DNA of 63,245 nt, filler included, from Folioceros fuciformis (lineage: Eukaryota), in assembly GCA_049999805.1 (NCBI GenBank). It is 10 parts of 10 records of this genome, joined end to end, with 100 filler letters (N's around TTAATTAATTAA, not from the genome) between each part and the next. Parts side by side here need not be neighbours in the genome. Positions count along the whole stretch, not along the records: positions 48,027 to 52,058 come from JBNGIO010001015.1; positions 52,159 to 59,761 come from JBNGIO010001016.1; positions 59,862 to 63,245 come from JBNGIO010001018.1; 7 more parts are not named here. One strand, written 5' to 3'. The translations under genes and the position numbers were made by a program. Shown piece by piece: positions 48,446 to 62,009 of this stretch; within the stretch, counting starts at the first letter, position 1, and each line of letters opens with the position of its first letter. The notes beneath the pieces were generated by a model. The model did not search any database and was not told the origin of the DNA. It was given only the letters and a program-made list of their open reading frames with translations.

Positions 48446-51400
48446 AATGGCAAGGGGGATAAAGATGTGTCTAGTTTGTAAAGGGGTGTACTTGTGAATC
48501 TTGGCTAACGCCCCCCTCTTTGCTGTTCCACCCGGGGAATGAGAGGGTAACATACTTGTAGACCGAAACCCACGTAAGGGTAGTTACATCCCACATCAAC
48601 CATAGAAATGTGATGTTCTCCCTAGGTGAGGAAAAGGTCAACCCAAATGTTATTAAGTAGAGCGTATAGGCACTCCCTTTGGGATGAGAAAGTAAGAAAG
48701 GTGGACTCTCCATCCATCTTAGAGAGAGACTTTGTCACTCCTTCAGGAAATGAAACCCAACGTCTCGACAACAGTGGAAAGTGTGGACACTAGAGGCATC
48801 TCAAGCCCCTGGCAATTGGTAGATGGATGCCCGGGATTTTGCCACAGTAGTGGCTTTGATAACCTCACCATCCCCTTTGATCTACACACTACTATAAACT
48901 TTCACTTTTCATACGTCCATTGTAGTTCTATACATAACAGCAACTAACTATGTAGGGAAATGTTCGTGAGTGTGGCATACCTATTTCAAATTTCTTAGGG
49001 TTATGCCAAGCCAAAGGCTTTCTATGTGATCCTCTTACTAATAAAATATATAATATGAGCCAACATATGTTTTGAATCTTTTCACAACAAGTCTAGTGAA
49101 CTAGTAGGTATTAACCTATCTAACATCTTGATCCATATTTGCGATACTTCTACTAATATTTATAACATCAACATTGGTCAAGATGGAAACAAACATTGAG
49201 GTTCTAGATAAGCGATCATAAAGTCCTATGTTGCCATCAAGAAAGTTAATAAAAGTAGAAGAACATGTGTTTTCTTCTAAGCCATGGAAGTTGTTTTTTC
49301 TTAAGAAAAAGAAAATTTTAATGAGAAAATGAAAATTCACCAAGGCACAATTGGGGGCATCAAAGTGGTTTGTAGAATTTTGCAAGCATATGCAAAACTT
49401 GTTTCAATTGCATCAGAGATAATGTAAGGAACAATATAAGCAACTTCTTGTCTACGGATTAGACGACCTGAGAACACTAGAAGCACGATATCAATTGGGT
49501 GCTACACTACTATTGAAGAAAACTATTTATTCTATCAAAAAAACCTTTATAGGTGATCCTATCTATAATAACCTATATATGCAACAGCCAATCATTTGAG
49601 ATCTTGGTTGTTCTCTATTGAAAGAAAATAGAGATGGAAAATTACGTTTCTTCGTGCCCACCATATTCTACATGCCACATTGTCCAGCTCCTTTATATGC
49701 TAATGTTATAAAATCCAATAAGCATCTCACTAACTATAGATAGAATGCTGTGTTTTTAGGAAATAGTTTAATGATATATCTTGAAATTTGGATGCCTGAC
49801 TATGCGGGTAAAGATAAAACATGGGCAAGCATAGTAGAGATATATGAAGATATAAAAGAATACCCTATTTTGCATCACGAAGATGTGAATTTTGAAATTT
49901 TGGCAAAAAATTTTGGTTGGGCTTTTCGAAAAACAAGCTGCTTTTGTTTCCCAACTACAGTGGATGATTGTTTCCCACCTATAGTTGATGATTGAAGAAG
50001 ATTCAAACGAAAGCAAAAGTTGTAGCTGTGATGTTGAATTTGGTGCTAGTAGTATAAACAAAAAATTAGTATCTTTTGATGCACCTATAAATTTAAAACT
50101 CACATGATACTATAAAAGTGGGTTGGTCATGCATCAAGATGTAGATTTTTACATGATGATAATAGTGTCTTTCCATTGTTGTAACACTCCACACATGGAA
50201 CTCTTGTGGAAGGTTGAGGACTATGCTAGGAATGACTTGTTTCCGTTGTGAATTTTGTAAAGGAAGTTTTTCAAATATGGAAGGAGGTTTATTTACTAGA
50301 TTTTGCCATAACAGGTTTTGAATGAAAATGTATTTTAATTTTTTTGGCACATATTCATGCTGATGATGGTTTATTCTCTAATAAGCGGAAACTATCACAA
50401 AAAGGATGACGTGGAGCTTTGTTAAGGTATTTGAGGGATTTGAGTACAACCAAGAGAAGACATCTACATCAGAGTCACTGTCACTGCGCAACAAAGTCAT
50501 ATCATGCTTTGAATCGTAGACCAAGTTTTGAGAGTGAAGAGACACCAGCCTAAAACTGAAGCGGTAATTGAAATGAGTTTTAGGGTAGAATGTAATTAAA
50601 ACAAAAGGTAGCTCTCGAAATAGGTCCCATGACACTTATTTCATAGCCATTCATTCTTGTTAAAGAAGCGACACAGAGAGCAAACCATTGAAAAAGCAAC
50701 ACTTAGAGATGCCCATTCACAGCCGCCATAAGAGATATGACTATTGAGAGCTCTGTCTCCAGTAAATCATTGTCTTCCATCTTGAGTGTCGCTTAAAATC
50801 TGGTACTTGGAAAATTCACAAAAGGACAACATTGAAACTCTAAATCTATGAAAAGCAAAAAGCTACAGCTATCACTACTTTATAGAACTACCAACGTCAC
50901 AAGTTGGAGCCATGACATTTGGTGTCAATGAGCGCGGATAGAATGGCTAGGTTCACGAATCCCCAAATAAGTGATAACTTGCCAAATGAGTCCTTCTCAG
51001 ATCGAATCCAACGGTAGGGGGGAGTACTGGGGTCCTTCTAAATGAGGGAATGGTGCCCTCCCACAGTCTAGACGTGTTGCAGGATTGGTAAGGACGTGAT
51101 TGGGAGTGTTGATTGTCGTAGGGGAACGATAGACATAGCTGACCAGGCTTGGAGGGGAGCAATTCTAAGGAAGCCTGCAACGATGGTGGGATTGATGTGG
51201 CCACGATACATGTGAGCGGGTGCTTGGTAGGGGGACTATACCTACTTACCCGCATTGTGTAATGTCTATATATATTCTGGTTATCTCTACCACACATACC
51301 GAAATCACGACCCTGTCCTGAAAACATAGGAGGATAGAGGGGGAAACAAAAGAAAAAGAAAAAAGGCCAAACCCTAGTACTAAATCACTGGCCCTTCAAT

Positions 51401-52908
51401 TAGTTGTTCGTGTTTGTAGAGTAATTTAAGGTCACTTATGTCCTTAGTAGTACTCCACACTCATAAACAACCCTGTTTTTAGAACATGAGAAGGGAACGT
51501 TTGCGTAAATAATATACAATGGTAGGTTCTAGTAATACCACGGACGATTGAAGTGAACTAATTCACCAAAGTCAAATAGGCGCGCTAATCAGTAATCTAA
51601 ATTTCTCAAAGCATAGTTTTTTGCCAAAACCATAGCGTACTAAAATTACAATGAATTGGAAGCTCTAAATATATTCATCCCTCCAAAATTCCTAGTGGTT
51701 ATGCTATATGTAGTGATCGCAACCAATGGCATCCACATCAAAGTGAAATTTTTCCTCAAGTTCGATAAAGGATATCATCGAACCCTTATAAAAAGCCACA
51801 AAAAAAAGAAAAAAACAAAAAACAAATCAGAAAAAAATAGAAGAAGGAAAAAAAAAACCAAAAATCACATGAAATTGTTTGAATTCTCACTAAATCCCAT
51901 TTTGACTAGAGAAACCTCTTTTCAAATCAGACGTTATTGATTAAAAAATTCAATTTTTAAATTTATGTTAAAACAAAATACATTTGATTGATATAAAACA
52001 TTTATAAAAGTCCTTAATTTGTTGTCCTTCATTTGATACTTCTACTTCTTATATGTTTNNNNNNNNNNNNNNNNNNNNNNNNNNNNNNNNNNNNNNNNNN
52101 NNTTAATTAATTAANNNNNNNNNNNNNNNNNNNNNNNNNNNNNNNNNNNNNNNNNNNNTTTAGTGGACAAATTAAATATTCTTACAATTCGTATACTTCT
52201 TTTTTCATCTGAGTGAAATTTATTAGATGAATTAGATATACTAGCATTTGAATTGGATATACTAACATTTAATATGGATATACTAGCAATACTAGTAACC
52301 TGCTAAATGATTTCCATCAACTCTTTCTTCCATTTTGAATGAAGGTGGTCCACTAGCAGTGTGGAGTGTAAGTTATGGGCCTATTGAAGGAGTTGAGTGT
52401 GATCACAAGTGGCATTTAAACTTAGAAGCTTGAAAATATCAATGGTCTGGTTTGACTTCAAGATGAAGTGTGGGTGTTGCAAATGCTACATCGCGATGGG
52501 TTGGAGGAGGTGCACTCTACCTCTGTGATGGGGAAGGCTTCCTTAGCCCATACAGGTCCCCTTCTAATGCTAGATTAGAAGATCTACCAATAGAAGCCGA
52601 GTTATGGGATACCTGCAATGAATTGGAACTTTGGTCTCTATATACTAGGACATGCAAGGGAGTTGGCAATTTGGGTGCACAAGATAATAGAGAAGCTAAG
52701 GGAAATATGGCTGACACGTTTTAGTTCTAGTGTTAGAGATGGTTAGACTCTCATAAGTTTGGCATTGCAGTTGAGCAAAATGATTTCTAATTTGGCTTTT
52801 AATTGATAGGAGATATTAAGATGTACTACAGTATAGAAAATCTCCACATGTTCTTGAAGGAGGAAGTGCAATAGACACAATTCTAACAATCTAAAGTAGA
52901 CATGGGGC

Positions 52909-53000
52909 GCCCATGAGTATGTTAAAGAGGTTGCCCATGAGTACATCAAAGAGGTCACCCATGTGTGCATCGAAGAGTGCGCCCATGTGTATGTCAAAAA
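52909..53000. repeat. Minisatellite, 24 bp x about 4
   Basis: Degenerate units of the form GCCCATGAGTAYRTYAAAGAGGTY. Confidence 0.8.
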
Positions 53001-54345
53001 ACTTGGGCTGTTGTGGGATCCACAAAGGCATCAATTGTGGATTAGATTACCCATGACATTGAATTCAATGGTTATATCAATGAGCACAATGTGTGGGTTG
53101 TTAAATATTGTTCAATAGAGAACTGCGGATGCCAACTTTTTCAGGCACAAGTCTCACCTCCTATATATTATGAACATGTTGGAGAATTTCTTGGTGTACA
53201 TTGATTTTTCTGTTAATGACAATAGGCACTTCCAACTATTGAAGGCGTGATATGATTGTCGAGACTTTGTAGTGGCTTTATATTTGGGCTATTAGGAGGC
53301 TGCTCACATGGGTACTTGTTTGAAATCACAAGCCTTCCACAACCTAGTTGTTGAGGTGTTCGAAGGAAAAATTTTAGACCAAAGGAAGGGTCACACATTA
53401 TATGTGTGAGTGCCATACCATAAACAGAATTCATAACATACAGGTGCTTGCTCCATGTCGTACACGCATAAGGTTTGGGTTCAAATGTTGGGGTGTGGCC
53501 CCAAAAAGGGCTATAGTTTTGACAGAAAAGAAGAGAAGGAGAGAAGATTGAAATGGGTTGCGGGCGCATTCGCTGTGTGGACTCAGCTACAATCGTGAAT
53601 CCTAATTCCCCTCCTCAAATACAATGGAGGACATAATCTTTAACCCAAAACAAAGTCGTGTCATGTGACATAGAAAACCGCAGGCATGGAGTGATGTATC
53701 ATCGGGCACCCTAAGATATCAAGTACCCCGTACATGTACCTCATTATGTGTATTTCTCTATTAAATCTGCTCCCCTAAAGTAAAGAAACGTAGGCGGGGA
53801 AGGCCTATAAGTCAATTTAAACTATGGCTTCACCAAACTGACTTGTGTAAGTCACACCCAAGGGGTCACCCTGCCTCCATGAGCCGATAGTATGGTAGGA
53901 CAAGGGGGTGACATTGTTGGCAAAATAAATAACAAATGCTGAGAAAGAGCTACTCCAATTCCTTATTCAAAAGTCTTCTTTGCCATGTAGCAAAGCCTCG
54001 CAAGAGTGTGCTAGTTGGCAAATAGAAAGAATTATTATAACCAACATAAAAACTAAAGGAATAGAAGGCCCACCACGTTAAAGCCCACATTGTTATGATG
54101 GGTGAGTGTAGCAATAAGAAATGTAATACCATACTGTGATAAATCAAAGGTGTTTCTAGTAGTGTCTACTAAGAATAAAACATCAGAAGAAGAGGCCCAA
54201 TGGATAGACACTTTTCTTAGCCTACCACAAAATTATGTTACCGAGGATGAGTACAAGATCTTTAAGTCATGCAGCTATTAGGTTGCCATTGATAATTGTA
54301 GATCACATCTAGCAAGTTGTTCTATTGAAAGGGCTATGCACTTGC

Positions 54346-54490
54346 ATGCATGATGCCATTTGTAATGTTATGTTTGCCATGCATGAGCCATTTGTAACGT
54401 TATGTTTGCCATGCATGACCCATTTGTAACATTATATTTGTCATGCATAACGCCGTTTGTAACATTATAATGACATTTGTAATGTCATGT
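54346..54490. repeat. Minisatellite, about 32 bp x about 4
   Basis: TGCATGA.CCATTTGTAAYRTTATRTTTGYCA units. Confidence 0.8.
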
Positions 54491-55088
54491 TCTCAGGAAC
54501 CAAAGAGTGTCTTCATACATAGGAAACGAAGTTTCTCTTATGACTAACCTTTCTTATTTTCTTTTTCCTAGAGGGAGTAAGTTTGTGTTGGAGATGTGGT
54601 CATCATATACTCCATTGAGCACTTAGCTTGTGTGGACATGGGCCTTGGACCATGGGCAAAGACTTTTTGGACTTATCAAGGATTGTACAGACACTATTAA
54701 TCACATTCGTAGCATTCATAGAATGAATTTCTCATCTTCCTTTCACCAACACATTTTCATTACTCTACAAAGGGCTCCAACAAAATACGATTTAATGTAA
54801 GCTAGGTTGGCTCCGTTCCACATAGGCCCTTCTCTAGTTCTAAAATTTTGCAATCATGATATATAAGGGGCTGTGGGTAATGAAGCATCTGCTAGCCCAT
54901 TTGGTTTCGGCCCTTTGTGGGTCTTTTTCTGTTTTGTTTTGTTTTGGGTTTGTTTTTTGGCATCTCTTCTAAGTAAAATACTCTCGTCTCTTGTTTGCTA
55001 GATATGAGCCAAACAAGAGAGTTCCGAATTGTGTTAAAAGCTGTGGCTGTGACTGCAGGGTGGAGTCCGAAGGCCAAGCGTGGAGGTG

Positions 55089-57224
55089 ATGGCTCTCCGA
55101 AGCCTCACCGGGACGGCAACGAGGGATGTGATGGCAGGAGCCCTGAGCTGCGATGTTGTGAGGAGGATTGGCGGGAGGGGCTTGGATGGCGACTGCAGCT
55201 CCTGCAGCACTTCCTTGGGTGTCAGTGGGAGCCTGCCCATCCCAAGGAGGAGCTCGCCGCCCTGGGCAAGGCTGCAGAAGGGCTCTCCTCCGCTGCGCCG
55301 CCCTCGGCGGGCGTCTGAGCTTGTGTGCTGGGCGCAGGCTGTGGAGGTGGTGCAAGAGGAACGGCAGCAGCAGCAGCAGAAGGCCATCGAGGCCGGCAAG
55401 GACCGGCTGTCGAAAGTGCCCATTTCCAGGATCAGGAACTTCTCCATCATCGCTCACATCGACCACGGGAAATCCACTCTGGCGGACAAGCTTCTACAGA
55501 GCACCGGGACAGTGTCGGATCGGGATATGAAGGAGCAGTTTTTGGATAACATGGATTTGGAAAGGGAGCGGGGTATCACAATCAAGTTGCAGGCTGCTCG
55601 AATGCGGTACGTAGCCAAGGACGGGCACGCCTACTGCCTCAACCTCATTGACACCCCCGGGCACGTGGATTTCTCGTACGAGGTCTCCCGGTCCTTGGCG
55701 GCCTGTGAGGGGGCTCTGCTAGTGGTGGATGCTTCGCAGGGGGTGGAGGCTCAGACCTTGGCCAATGTATATCTGGCCATGGAGAATAACCTGGAGGTTA
55801 TTCCAGTGCTGAACAAGATTGATTTGCCTGGGGCTGACCCCGAGCGAGTGCGGCAGGAAATTGAGGACATCGTGGGCCTAGATTGCACCGATGCCATTCT
55901 GTGCTCGGCCAAGGAAGGGATAGGGATACAAGAAATTCTGGAGGCGATTGTGGAGAAGGTGCCGGCTCCCAAGGATACTTCCCAGTTACCTCTGAGGGCT
56001 CTCATCTTCGATAGCTACTACGATGCTTACAGAGGAGTGATTGTGTACTTCAGGGTGGTTGACGGCAGCCTGAAGCAGGGTGACAAGGTGCAGTTCATGG
56101 CCAGTGGGAAGGAATATCAAGTGGATGAAGTTGGGGTCTTGTCTCCCACGCAGTTGCAGGTGAAGGAGCTGTACGCCGGCGAGGTGGGGTACCTGGCGGC
56201 TTCCATCAGGTCAGTGGCGGATGCCAGGGTCGGTGATACCATCACCAACGCAGCCAGGAAGGCTGAGAAGGCGCTTCCTGGGTACCAGGAAGCAACGCCA
56301 ATGGTCTTCTGCGGGCTGTTCCCGGTGGATGCCGATCAGTTCACGGAACTGCGGGACGCGTTGGAGAAGCTGCAGCTGAACGATGCTGCCCTCAAGTTCG
56401 AGCCGGAAACGTCGAGTGCCATGGGTTTTGGTTTCCGCTGTGGTTTTCTTGGGTTGCTGCACATGGAGATCGTGCAGGAGAGGCTGGAAAGGGAGTACAA
56501 CCTAAACCTCATCACAACAGCTCCAAGTGTTGTGTACAGAGTTTTGCTGGCGGATGGTGAGGTGACGGAATGTTCCAACCCTTCCCTGCTGCCGGATTCC
56601 AGCAAGCGAAAGGCGCTTGAGGAACCCTACATCAAGATCGACATGATCACACCAAAGGAGTACATCGGTCCTCTCATGGAACTTGCTCAGGACAGGCGAG
56701 GTGTCTTCAAAGAGATGAAGTACGTGACGGAGAACAGAGCCTCTATCACTTACGATCTGCCGCTGGCCGAGATGGTGGGAGACTTCTTTGATCAGCTCAA
56801 GTCCAGGTCCAAAGGCTATGCGAGCATGGAGTACTCACTGGTCGGGTACCGTGAGAGCGACTTGGTGAGACTGGACATCCTCATCAACGCCGAGATCGTG
56901 GACCCTTTGGCCTGTATCGTGCACAAGGACAAGGCCTACACCGTGGGCAGAGCCTTGACTCAGAAACTGAAGGAACTCATCCCTCGACAACTATTCAAAA
57001 TCCCTATCCAAGCGTGCATAGGTAGCAAAGTTATCGCAAGCGAGGCCATCGCCGCCATGCGTAAGGATGTCTTGGCCAAGTGCTATGGCGGTGATATCAC
57101 CAGGAAAAAGAAGCTTTTGAAGAAGCAGGCAGAGGGCAAGAAGAGGATGAAATCTCTTGGAAGGGTTGAAGTCCCTCAAGATGCCTTCATGGCTGTGTTG
57201 AGGCTGGAGAAGGAGGTCGTCTAG
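55089..57224 (+). CDS. LEPA: Translation factor LepA/GUF1 (EF4), plastid type, intronless
   Basis: Transit-peptide-like N-terminus, then [74 protein letters not shown]. Single open frame; first ATG at 55089 (the ORF track starts at a GTG). Confidence 0.97.
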   Translation: MALRSLTGTATRDVMAGALSCDVVRRIGGRGLDGDCSSCSTSLGVSGSLPIPRRSSPPWARLQKGSPPLRRPRRASELVCWAQAVEVVQEERQQQQQKAIEAGKDRLSKVPISRIRNFSIIAHIDHGKSTLADKLLQSTGTVSDRDMKEQFLDNMDLERERGITIKLQAARMRYVAKDGHAYCLNLIDTPGHVDFSYEVSRSLAACEGALLVVDASQGVEAQTLANVYLAMENNLEVIPVLNKIDLPGADPERVRQEIEDIVGLDCTDAILCSAKEGIGIQEILEAIVEKVPAPKDTSQLPLRALIFDSYYDAYRGVIVYFRVVDGSLKQGDKVQFMASGKEYQVDEVGVLSPTQLQVKELYAGEVGYLAASIRSVADARVGDTITNAARKAEKALPGYQEATPMVFCGLFPVDADQFTELRDALEKLQLNDAALKFEPETSSAMGFGFRCGFLGLLHMEIVQERLEREYNLNLITTAPSVVYRVLLADGEVTECSNPSLLPDSSKRKALEEPYIKIDMITPKEYIGPLMELAQDRRGVFKEMKYVTENRASITYDLPLAEMVGDFFDQLKSRSKGYASMEYSLVGYRESDLVRLDILINAEIVDPLACIVHKDKAYTVGRALTQKLKELIPRQLFKIPIQACIGSKVIASEAIAAMRKDVLAKCYGGDITRKKKLLKKQAEGKKRMKSLGRVEVPQDAFMAVLRLEKEVV

Positions 57225-57436
57225 TCTGGGAATCCAAAATTGTATAGTAGCTGACTGCTGACTTACCTTGAAGGACACTTGATTTGTTGCTGGGACCATC
57301 CAGAGCATCCATTTGTGAGTGATACCAACTATCACCTCCCCTTATTTCCCCCCAAAATAGTATCGTCACACAACCCTGTGATCGAAACAAAAATGAAGGT
57401 ACAGATGCCTATCGGAGGGGCTTCATATTCCAACAC

Positions 57437-57445
57437 TTAGGGTTT
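57437..57445 (-). promoter_or_regulatory. Telo-box (AAACCCTAA) upstream of RPL14
   Basis: TTAGGGTTT on the plus strand about 100 bp before the RPL14 ATG. Telo-boxes are typical of plant ribosomal protein promoters. Confidence 0.55.
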
Positions 57446-57544
57446 GTAAGCCCTAGGTTAAAATCGTGTAGGCTCGAGGTATACCCCTTTCTGACTGGAT
57501 ACCTTCGTCTCGCTCTCGGGTCGAGCCGCCGGCTGCCGCCAGCC

Positions 57545-58398
57545 ATGGTGAGTCCTTTCACTTGTCGTTCGTCGTGGTGTATGCCTGCTCTCGAGTCCGT
57601 GGGGCTTGCACGATGCTCCGATTGCAGCTGGAATCTTTGGGCCGTGAGCTCACACATGAGGGATTTAGTGACGGTTGATGACTTTGCGTGCAATTGCGGT
57701 TCCAGCCTTTCAGACGGTATGTCGAGATTGGGAGGGTGGCCCTCGTCAATTACGGTCCTCAGTATGGGAAGCTGGTGGTCATTGTGGACGTGGTCGACCA
57801 AAACCGGGTATGTACAGTGGCCTCCTCTGTCGTTTTTATGCAGCCTTAGCTGAACGCCAACGACCGGGAGGTTGTGACCAACGTCTTTTACTCTGAGCTG
57901 TGTGTGAGTGAGTTTTGTGCAGGCTTTGATCGATTCACCGGAAATCGTAAGGACTCAGATAAATTTCAAGAGGTTGTCTTTGACGGACATCAAAATTGAG
58001 ATCCCCCGGAACCCTAATAAGACAGCGCTCAAGAGAGCCATTGAGACAGAAGGTAGGGAGGGTTTTTTTCTGCGGTGTTCGTCGTCTCACTCCTTTTGGT
58101 TTTGTTGAATTCCGATACTTCCGTCCTGGCTCTGTCCATAATCGACAGATGTTGCGAGGAAATGGGAAGTTAGCTCTTGGGGGCGAAAGCTTCTCGTCAG
58201 GAAGCAACGGGCTTCCTTGAACGACTTTGATCGGTACAAGGTGATGGAGGCCCGTGTTAAGGTGAGTTATTTGTGTATGGACTCGGACTGCGGATAATTT
58301 TGACCTGGCGGGGTCACTTACGTCTGTAGTGGATTCTTCTGCAGAGGTCCTCGATCCTTCGGCGAGAGTTGTCGAAGCTGAAGAAGGAGAAAGCTTAG
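57545..58398 (+). CDS. RPL14: 60S ribosomal protein L14 (eL14), 5 coding exons
   Basis: Exons 57545-57547 (ATG only), 57706-57807, 57923-58052, 58149-58261, 58345-58398. Protein [39 protein letters not shown]...NFKRLSLTD...WGRKL...[10 protein letters not shown]...LKKEKA*. Confidence 0.96.
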
Positions 58399-58694
58399 GC
58401 CAGTTCAATTGTATGAGTTTCTGCCAAGATTTTTGAAGCTTGCACCCTTGCTTAGCTGGATGTTGGCCGAGGAACAGTTTTGTAGTAGTTTGGGTCCATG
58501 GTTCTTTCAAATTGATTTAAAATTATTTGGAATACAGGTCCCGTGTATGAAACTCTCTGCATGTGCATGCCAAAATTGTTTGATGGCTGGCCCTGTCAAT
58601 GATGGGCGGAAAGTGCTCATTGGGTTTAGGGTGAGGAAGACCGACGGGTAAGAGACTCCGTGCACGCCTTTTTCAACTGGATGAGAAGGTGATG

Positions 58695-59761
58695 TCACCG
58701 CTCATGGTGACGTGTCTGGTGAGGTTGAGAGGATGTTCTCCTCCTAGGTGACGGTCTGCATCCATCCGTCGCAATGTCTTCAGCGTCATGGTCGACTTTT
58801 CTCGTCTTCCTGGACCCATTTTGATCCACCGGGTCTCTCCGAGAATGCTGATCTCTTAGCGAGATGCTGCCGTCTCTGCCCTTCTCATTGCTGCGTGGGG
58901 AGGGGTATTCCTTCTTTCCGTCTCCAGGTCTCTGTCTGGCAGGCTCCTGATACCTACTTGGAATATGGTCATACCGGACGTCTTCAAATCGGACTCTGAC
59001 CCCCTTTTGAATCCTACTGGGTGAGAGCTGTTGAGAGGTACGCGGATTCTCCACGTTCCTACCATCCGCATCTTTCAAGGGATGCATTTCATTGGCTGAA
59101 CCTGTACAACTGGGTTCTCTTCCGCCACGCTTAGTTTGCTGACGAGGTCGTCCCCCGACACCACCATTCGTGGAACAAGGCTGAGATCCTGCGGACTCCT
59201 GAAGTCTCATGTTCCTGATTGAAGCAGATGGACAGCACCCAATGAGCCCCCAAGTCACTCCAAACCTACATTTAGAAACACACCTCTTTGGCGAGGGGGA
59301 AACATACTCTTCGCGCAGTTCTTTGATGTTCCGGTCTTTCCTTGCTATCTCTAGTTGGGCGGTCTGCGGCAAGCAACAAAGTTCACCACTGGTTTCTTCA
59401 CACACTGCATTCCGTTCCTTACACACCCCATTGTTCCGTTTGCCAAAAATCTTACAGTGCTCCTAAAAATGGGAAGGACAGTCTCATTACGTCCAGCTGT
59501 AATTCAAACCAACACTTGAAACCAATCATGCCATCTGCCGTAGCAACAAAGCCATAGCCTACCTTAAAGAGACAGGAGATATTTCGAATGAGCGTTTGCT
59601 TCTCTTGTTGCAGTGTCTCATTCTAAGAAACCAGCGTGCAGGTTAAAAAACTGTGCACAAACCCAACACTCACGGCAGAAACTTTCACCGGATTCTCACA
59701 AAACTTGAATCACCTACCTGCTGTTGCAACTCCGTCATGCTGGCTTCCATCTCCTTATCCC
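58695..59761 (-). CDS. 3' part of a coiled-coil protein with a FLASH/CASP8AP2-like N-terminal motif and an Arg/Ser/Asp-rich tail
   Basis: Exons about 59761-59718, 59622-59563, 59363-59308 and 59214-58695 with GT-AG borders give DKEMEASMTELQQQNETLQQEKQTLIRNISCLFKTAQLEIARKDRNIKELREENMRLQES... Confidence 0.7.
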
Positions 59762-59861
59762 NNNNNNNNNNNNNNNNNNNNNNNNNNNNNNNNNNNNNNN
59801 NNNNNTTAATTAATTAANNNNNNNNNNNNNNNNNNNNNNNNNNNNNNNNNNNNNNNNNNNN

Positions 59862-62009
59862 GTTAGGCAGTGTGCATATTCATTGTTAGTGTTGATGTAC
59901 ATGTTGTTTAGAGGGAGTGAAAGTGGGTGTTGGCTAATGGGTGCTTGCACTTTTTTCACCACAAAAGAAATGAGCAGTGAGTCTTTTTCTTGTTGGATAA
60001 CTTCAAAAGACCATCAAGTGTCTCCTTTAAGAAATGTAATCATAGTTTTGAACTCTAAGAAATTAGCTTTTGAAATACTACGAAGTTGGCTCTCTATAAT
60101 GTTAATTTCTAAGGTTTGAAAAATTCATAACTTATTTCAAACCTTAAGATTCATACCTTAATAACTTATTAAGTTGTTTATAACTTGCTTATGAACAGCT
60201 TGTTTATGAACATAATGATGAAATATATCTAGCTTAGGTACTATTCATTAGGGCCTTATTATTAAGGGTTTAGCATTATCAGGCCTATATAAAGGAGTGT
60301 ACTTTATTCGTTTAATCAATTCATTATTCGTTTAATCAATTCATTGCATTGTACTACTTTGCATCCAAGAGCAAGATATGATTTTCATCATGGTATCAGA
60401 GCATCTTGCTCTCCACTATGCATGTGCAGCTTCAAGCATATAAGGAGCTTATTTAAGAGGCACTTTTCAATCTAGCACCTTGCTATATGGATTGTGTTCA
60501 ATGTAGAATTGCTGCTCTTTTATATTTTCTTCTCATGCGCATACATCTTTTCTAACAATTCTTTTATGCACTAATTCCTTGTCTCCTCTCCATGGAAGTG
60601 TTTTCCCTTAGAACGAGGAGGCCTAGAATTAGGAAAAGAAATTGCCTTGCAAGACAACAAGAACAAGTTATGAACAAGAACATTAAAAACAATAGAAGTT
60701 CACGCATTATAGCAGGAGAGATTGATGAAACCTCTTCCTGTGTAGCTAACTTTATTTCTAAACCCTAAACCAGATCAAGGGAAGTTGATTAAGCTAGCTA
60801 AACATGATTTGCTAAAAGTTCTTAGCCCAATTCACGTCAAAGCATTAGAGCTAGCAATCCAACGTATCCCAAATTTAAGAGCTGGTATTCACACCCCTAA
60901 TTCTTATAGTCTGCAAGGCTAAGACATAGAAACTCTTAAAATTGACGACCTAGATAGACAACTATCGTCACTTAGAATCCAACATCTTGATCTCAAGGGA
61001 GAGCTAACTAAACTAAGAACAAAGATGTCTAGTCTCTCTAAGTTTATAGGTGTGCAGGAATTTCCAAGCAGGTTGTCATCTCCTTGTAAAGCTTAATTAG
61101 GAAGTCACTAGAAAATGACAGACTTGGAAGAACTCAATTATGCTCTTGGCGTGAATATTATAAGGGATAGAGGTAACAAATCCATTTCCTTAGTTCAGGC
61201 AGAATATTTAAAGGAAAGTTTAGCCAAGTTTGGACTTGAGGATACTAAACCGGCAGCCACACCATTTCTTGGTGGTACAAGGCTCACATCATACATGAGC
61301 CCTAAAACAAATGCAGAAAAAGAAGAAATGTCAGCTGTACCATGCAGATATGCTGTTGGTACATTAATATATTTAAGCAACTTCACGAGACCATACATAT
61401 CTTTTAAAGTTAGTGTTGTCTCACAATGTTTGAAGAACCTTGGACGACAACATTGGCAATGCGTCAAGAGGATATTCAGGTATCTAAAAGAGACTATGCA
61501 CATCGGCTTAATGTATGAACATACCTCAGGCATATGTAAGCTAAACTTAATAGCATATGCTGATGTTGACTACGCTGGAGACCCTGACAGCCCAAAATCT
61601 ATATCCCGCTACGTTCTACTGCCAGGGGGAGCTCCCATCTCATGGTCAAGTAAGAAACAACCAACCATTGTTTTGTCAAGTATCGAGTCAAAGTATAGGG
61701 TCCTAACCTCAATGTCCAAAAATATAGTCTGGAGCAAGTTAGCATTGAGTGAGCTAAACTATCCTCAAGATGGACCCATACCTCTCTTCAGTGATAGTCA
61801 GGGTGCTATAGCTTTAACAAAAAACCCTATTTTCCATTCAAGGACCAAGCATATAGCAATAGAGTATCATTACATACGAAAAATGTTAGAAAATAAAACC
61901 ATAGATATTATTTATATACAAACCTAAGACAACGCAACTGATCTATTAACCAAGTCATTAGGGAGAGATTTGCATTCGAAACATATGAAAGTGTTAGGTA
62001 TACAATAAG
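59862..62009 (+). mobile_element. Ty1/Copia derivative (family B): LTR + PBS + RT C-terminus/RNase H, with most of gag-pol missing
   Basis: LTR-like 59862-60390 (TATATAAAGG, ends CA) and perfect PBS TGGTATCAGAGC at 60391-60402. ORF 61115-61927 has MTDLEELNYALGV, AVGTLIYL, YADVDYAGD, ISWSSKKQ, DSQGAI, RTKHIAIEYHYIR. Confidence 0.88.

Noticed and set aside
5742..59861. Nine regularly recurring TTAATTAATTAA palindromes
   Set aside because: Always embedded in 44 N on each side: an artificial six-frame-stop linker, not biology. ORFs running into X residues are artefacts.
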